This document shows, piece by piece, positions 61,739 through 64,000 of a stretch of DNA of 64,000 nucleotides; positions within the stretch are counted from its first letter, which is position 1, and every line of letters begins with the position of its first letter. The translations under genes were made by a program, and so were the position numbers. Origin of the DNA: Syntrophales bacterium (GTDB lineage: Bacteria; Desulfobacterota; Syntrophia; Syntrophales; PHBD01); contig OY764159.1 of the NCBI GenBank assembly GCA_963668175.1, forward strand, positions 3,584,001 to 3,648,000, written 5' to 3'. The notes beneath the pieces are model-generated. The model saw only the letters and a program-made list of their open reading frames with translations, had not been told where the DNA came from and made no database searches.

Positions 61739-63868
61739 TTACGGCCGAGACGATGGATTCATCTCAAAGCCGTTACCAGAGGGGCTCACTGTCAGCCGCA
61801 CCGACGCCTTCAGCCCCTGCAGGGACGGAACTCTCCCACTTGTTCCTTCCTGACGCAGTTCCCTTTTACGAACCCACGCAAATTTCGGTTTGGTGGACTT
61901 TACCTCTGCCAAGTCCTTTTCGTCAAGATGCATTTTAGCGAGGATCACGGCAAGGTAATCGGCCCAGGCGTCCGTAACCTCCCCTCGCTGATACATAAAA
62001 TGATAACGCACCGGATTTGCGATGATAGAGGCCAGGTATGCCGCTTCAAGAGGCGTAAGGTCATTCGGTTTTTTATCGAAGTAGTGTCGGGAAGCCGCAC
62101 CTATGCCATAAATACCGGGCCCCCATTCTATAATGTTCGCATAGATTTCCAGAATGCGTTCCTTGCCGAGTTCGTGCTCCAACGCATAGGTGAGGAGCAT
62201 TTCTTCGAACTTCCGGGAAATATTCTTTTCGTTCGTAAGGAAGAGATTCTTAACCGTCTGCATGGAAATGGTCGAGGCGCCGCGGGCGAAACGCCCTTCA
62301 CGGATATTCTGTTCCATGGATCGCCGGATATGCTCAAGCTGAAAGCCTCTGTGAGAAAAGAAACGGCCGTCTTCACAGGTCAGAATGGCCCTCACGGCAT
62401 ATGGCCCTATCTTCTTATAGGAAACGAAATCCGGATTTGAAGGCCCGACCCAGAATTCCTTGATTACTTTGCCATTTTTACGAACACGGTGTAAAAAGGG
62501 GCCTCTCAACCGGGTGATATCGGTCTTTGGCGCCGAAACAATCCGAAAATCACGTATATGTACTACGGGATCGAAGGCAATCGAATTCTTATCGAGCCTG
62601 TTCATAGCAAAGGTGACATCCGCATCGATGACGCCTTCCGCCACGGCACCGCGGACCGTCGGGATGAAATCCGGCGGCAGACTGTCCAGGATGTCGCCTA
62701 TGGGAACGCCGGCGCACCGCAGACGCGTCTTTATCTGCGGTGATTCCGAGTAATCAACGGATCCTTCAACATCCGCCTTCAACGCACCCAATCCTATGCG
62801 GGATGAAAGCAGTTCGACTTTCCTGACTTCCCTGTCCCATTTTATCGTGCCGCTGGTATCAAAGGTCACGTTCTTGATCGGCCGATCAGCCAGACGCCGG
62901 TGATCGATCCCCACCTTCTTCAATGCGCAGTTAAAGGCGACCGTCTGAACAGGATCGGCAGGACAATAGACCGTTTCCACCGATCCGGTGAGTACAGCAT
63001 CATCACCGGCCACCAGCCAGGCAGGGAGGTATCGGGACAAATCGGCCAGCCTGATTTCCCGGCCGGCAAGCCTGATCTTGAACACCCGGACACTGCCCTC
63101 ACCCTCAATGCGTGCTTCGCTCTTCGTTTCGCCGATCCTTGCCGCAGCGTTGAGGGCAATCTGTCTTGTCCTCAAATCATAGTTTACTTTCCCGAAGCTC
63201 CCTGTGACGATCGGCGCCGTCGTCCGTCCGATAACCGTGTTCCGTTGAAGCACGACCCTGCCTCGCTCCCAGGACAGGGTCAGATCCGGCCCCACTGTGA
63301 CGAACCGTCCTAACCCGGCAGAAGAAGAGTCTCCGCCGCCGCCGCTGAAACCCTGCCAACGCTTGACGGCGTCTGCCAAAGGCCAGTGGCCCGTAACAGA
63401 CGGCATTGGCAGCGAACATTCGGCATCGACCAGCATTATACCGCTGATCTTCACGCCCGGCCGCGGCAGCAGACTTAAGCCGTAATGGACATAGACCCTC
63501 GAAGCGGAGAGTAAGGGTAGATCGTTCCCACGGCTGTGGTCGTATATGACGACATCGTGAAATCCGATCCCGTGGACCGGATGGAAACCGACGCTTCCGA
63601 CCCGGACGGACACCTCCCACCTGTTTCCGATATCGCGGATTTTTCCATCCAGTTCCGTCTGCAGAAGGCGGCATCCGTAAAGTCCCACTGCGGCGGACAC
63701 CCCGTAGGCTAGAATGCCTATGACGGCGGTAACGACAGCCAGGCGGCGCACTATCCGCCGGATCTTTTTCTCTGAATCGCTGCAGGCGCCGCGGTGAGTT
63801 CCGTCCGGGCGGCCATCAGGCGCCAGTGACCGCATTTTCCTATATATTGATGATGGATGAATCTTCAT
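61739..63868 (-). CDS. Monofunctional peptidoglycan transglycosylase (GT51) with a long AsmA-like N-terminal region
   Basis: EDGRFFSHRG, GASTISMQTVKN, RKFEE, KERILEIYAN; no transpeptidase domain; beta-rich N-terminal 400 aa after a TM helix. Confidence 0.85.
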   Translation of the reverse strand: MKIHPSSIYRKMRSLAPDGRPDGTHRGACSDSEKKIRRIVRRLAVVTAVIGILAYGVSAAVGLYGCRLLQTELDGKIRDIGNRWEVSVRVGSVGFHPVHGIGFHDVVIYDHSRGNDLPLLSASRVYVHYGLSLLPRPGVKISGIMLVDAECSLPMPSVTGHWPLADAVKRWQGFSGGGGDSSSAGLGRFVTVGPDLTLSWERGRVVLQRNTVIGRTTAPIVTGSFGKVNYDLRTRQIALNAAARIGETKSEARIEGEGSVRVFKIRLAGREIRLADLSRYLPAWLVAGDDAVLTGSVETVYCPADPVQTVAFNCALKKVGIDHRRLADRPIKNVTFDTSGTIKWDREVRKVELLSSRIGLGALKADVEGSVDYSESPQIKTRLRCAGVPIGDILDSLPPDFIPTVRGAVAEGVIDADVTFAMNRLDKNSIAFDPVVHIRDFRIVSAPKTDITRLRGPFLHRVRKNGKVIKEFWVGPSNPDFVSYKKIGPYAVRAILTCEDGRFFSHRGFQLEHIRRSMEQNIREGRFARGASTISMQTVKNLFLTNEKNISRKFEEMLLTYALEHELGKERILEIYANIIEWGPGIYGIGAASRHYFDKKPNDLTPLEAAYLASIIANPVRYHFMYQRGEVTDAWADYLAVILAKMHLDEKDLAEVKSTKPKFAWVRKRELRQEGTSGRVPSLQGLKASVRLTVSPSGNGFEMNPSSRP

Positions 63869-64000
63869 GACGAACTGGATTATCGGGAAAAACGGGGATT
63901 ACTTGACAGGATAACTCATGGGCACCACGATACTGCTTTCCTATATTAAGCGAGAGGGCTTCGGCTGTCAACGGAAAACTCGCCGCCGGGATGAACCGCC

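Noticed and set aside
1..64000. CRISPR arrays, tRNA/rRNA, IS elements, integrases, prophage genes
   Set aside because: None seen by eye; no regularly spaced repeats or transposase/integrase motifs in the ORF track.

Overview
Gene-dense, GC-rich bacterial chromosome window. The gene complement (PAS hybrid kinases, PAS-PAS-LuxR regulator, TMTC/TPR glycosyltransferase, liv-paaK operon, MCP type) looks like an anaerobic Desulfobacterota, possibly Syntrophales; this is inferred, not shown. Left end (1-8.9 kb, minus strand): a dissimilatory sulfite reduction operon, yeiH-like transporter-dsrA-dsrB-dsrD-dsrN-dsrC-dsrM2-dsrK, then a second, canonical dsrM that runs off the window and was missed by the ORF track. 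After that come a BPL-N protein, a MATE exporter with a degenerate CysRS paralog, mlaEFDCA (MlaF fused to a degenerate GGDEF-like domain), an orphan pstS, a TMTC-like protein, and a livKHMGF-paaK operon preceded by a Tyr-rich leader peptide and hairpin. The rest holds queC, two PhaE/phasin-like genes, a His-less hybrid kinase, recG, purMN, pfk, an ABCD transporter-thioesterase-Zn phosphoesterase operon, a membrane sensor kinase next to a PhcB-like methyltransferase, three MCPs, a LuxR regulator and an AsmA-like/GT51 fusion. I saw no rRNA, tRNA, CRISPR array or mobile element. The best leads are the remodelled CysRS paralog, the Tyr attenuator on the aryl-acid uptake operon, the PhcB-like/sensor pair, the atypical dsr cluster and the MlaF-GGDEF fusion. 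All family calls come from reading motifs by eye; no database search was run.
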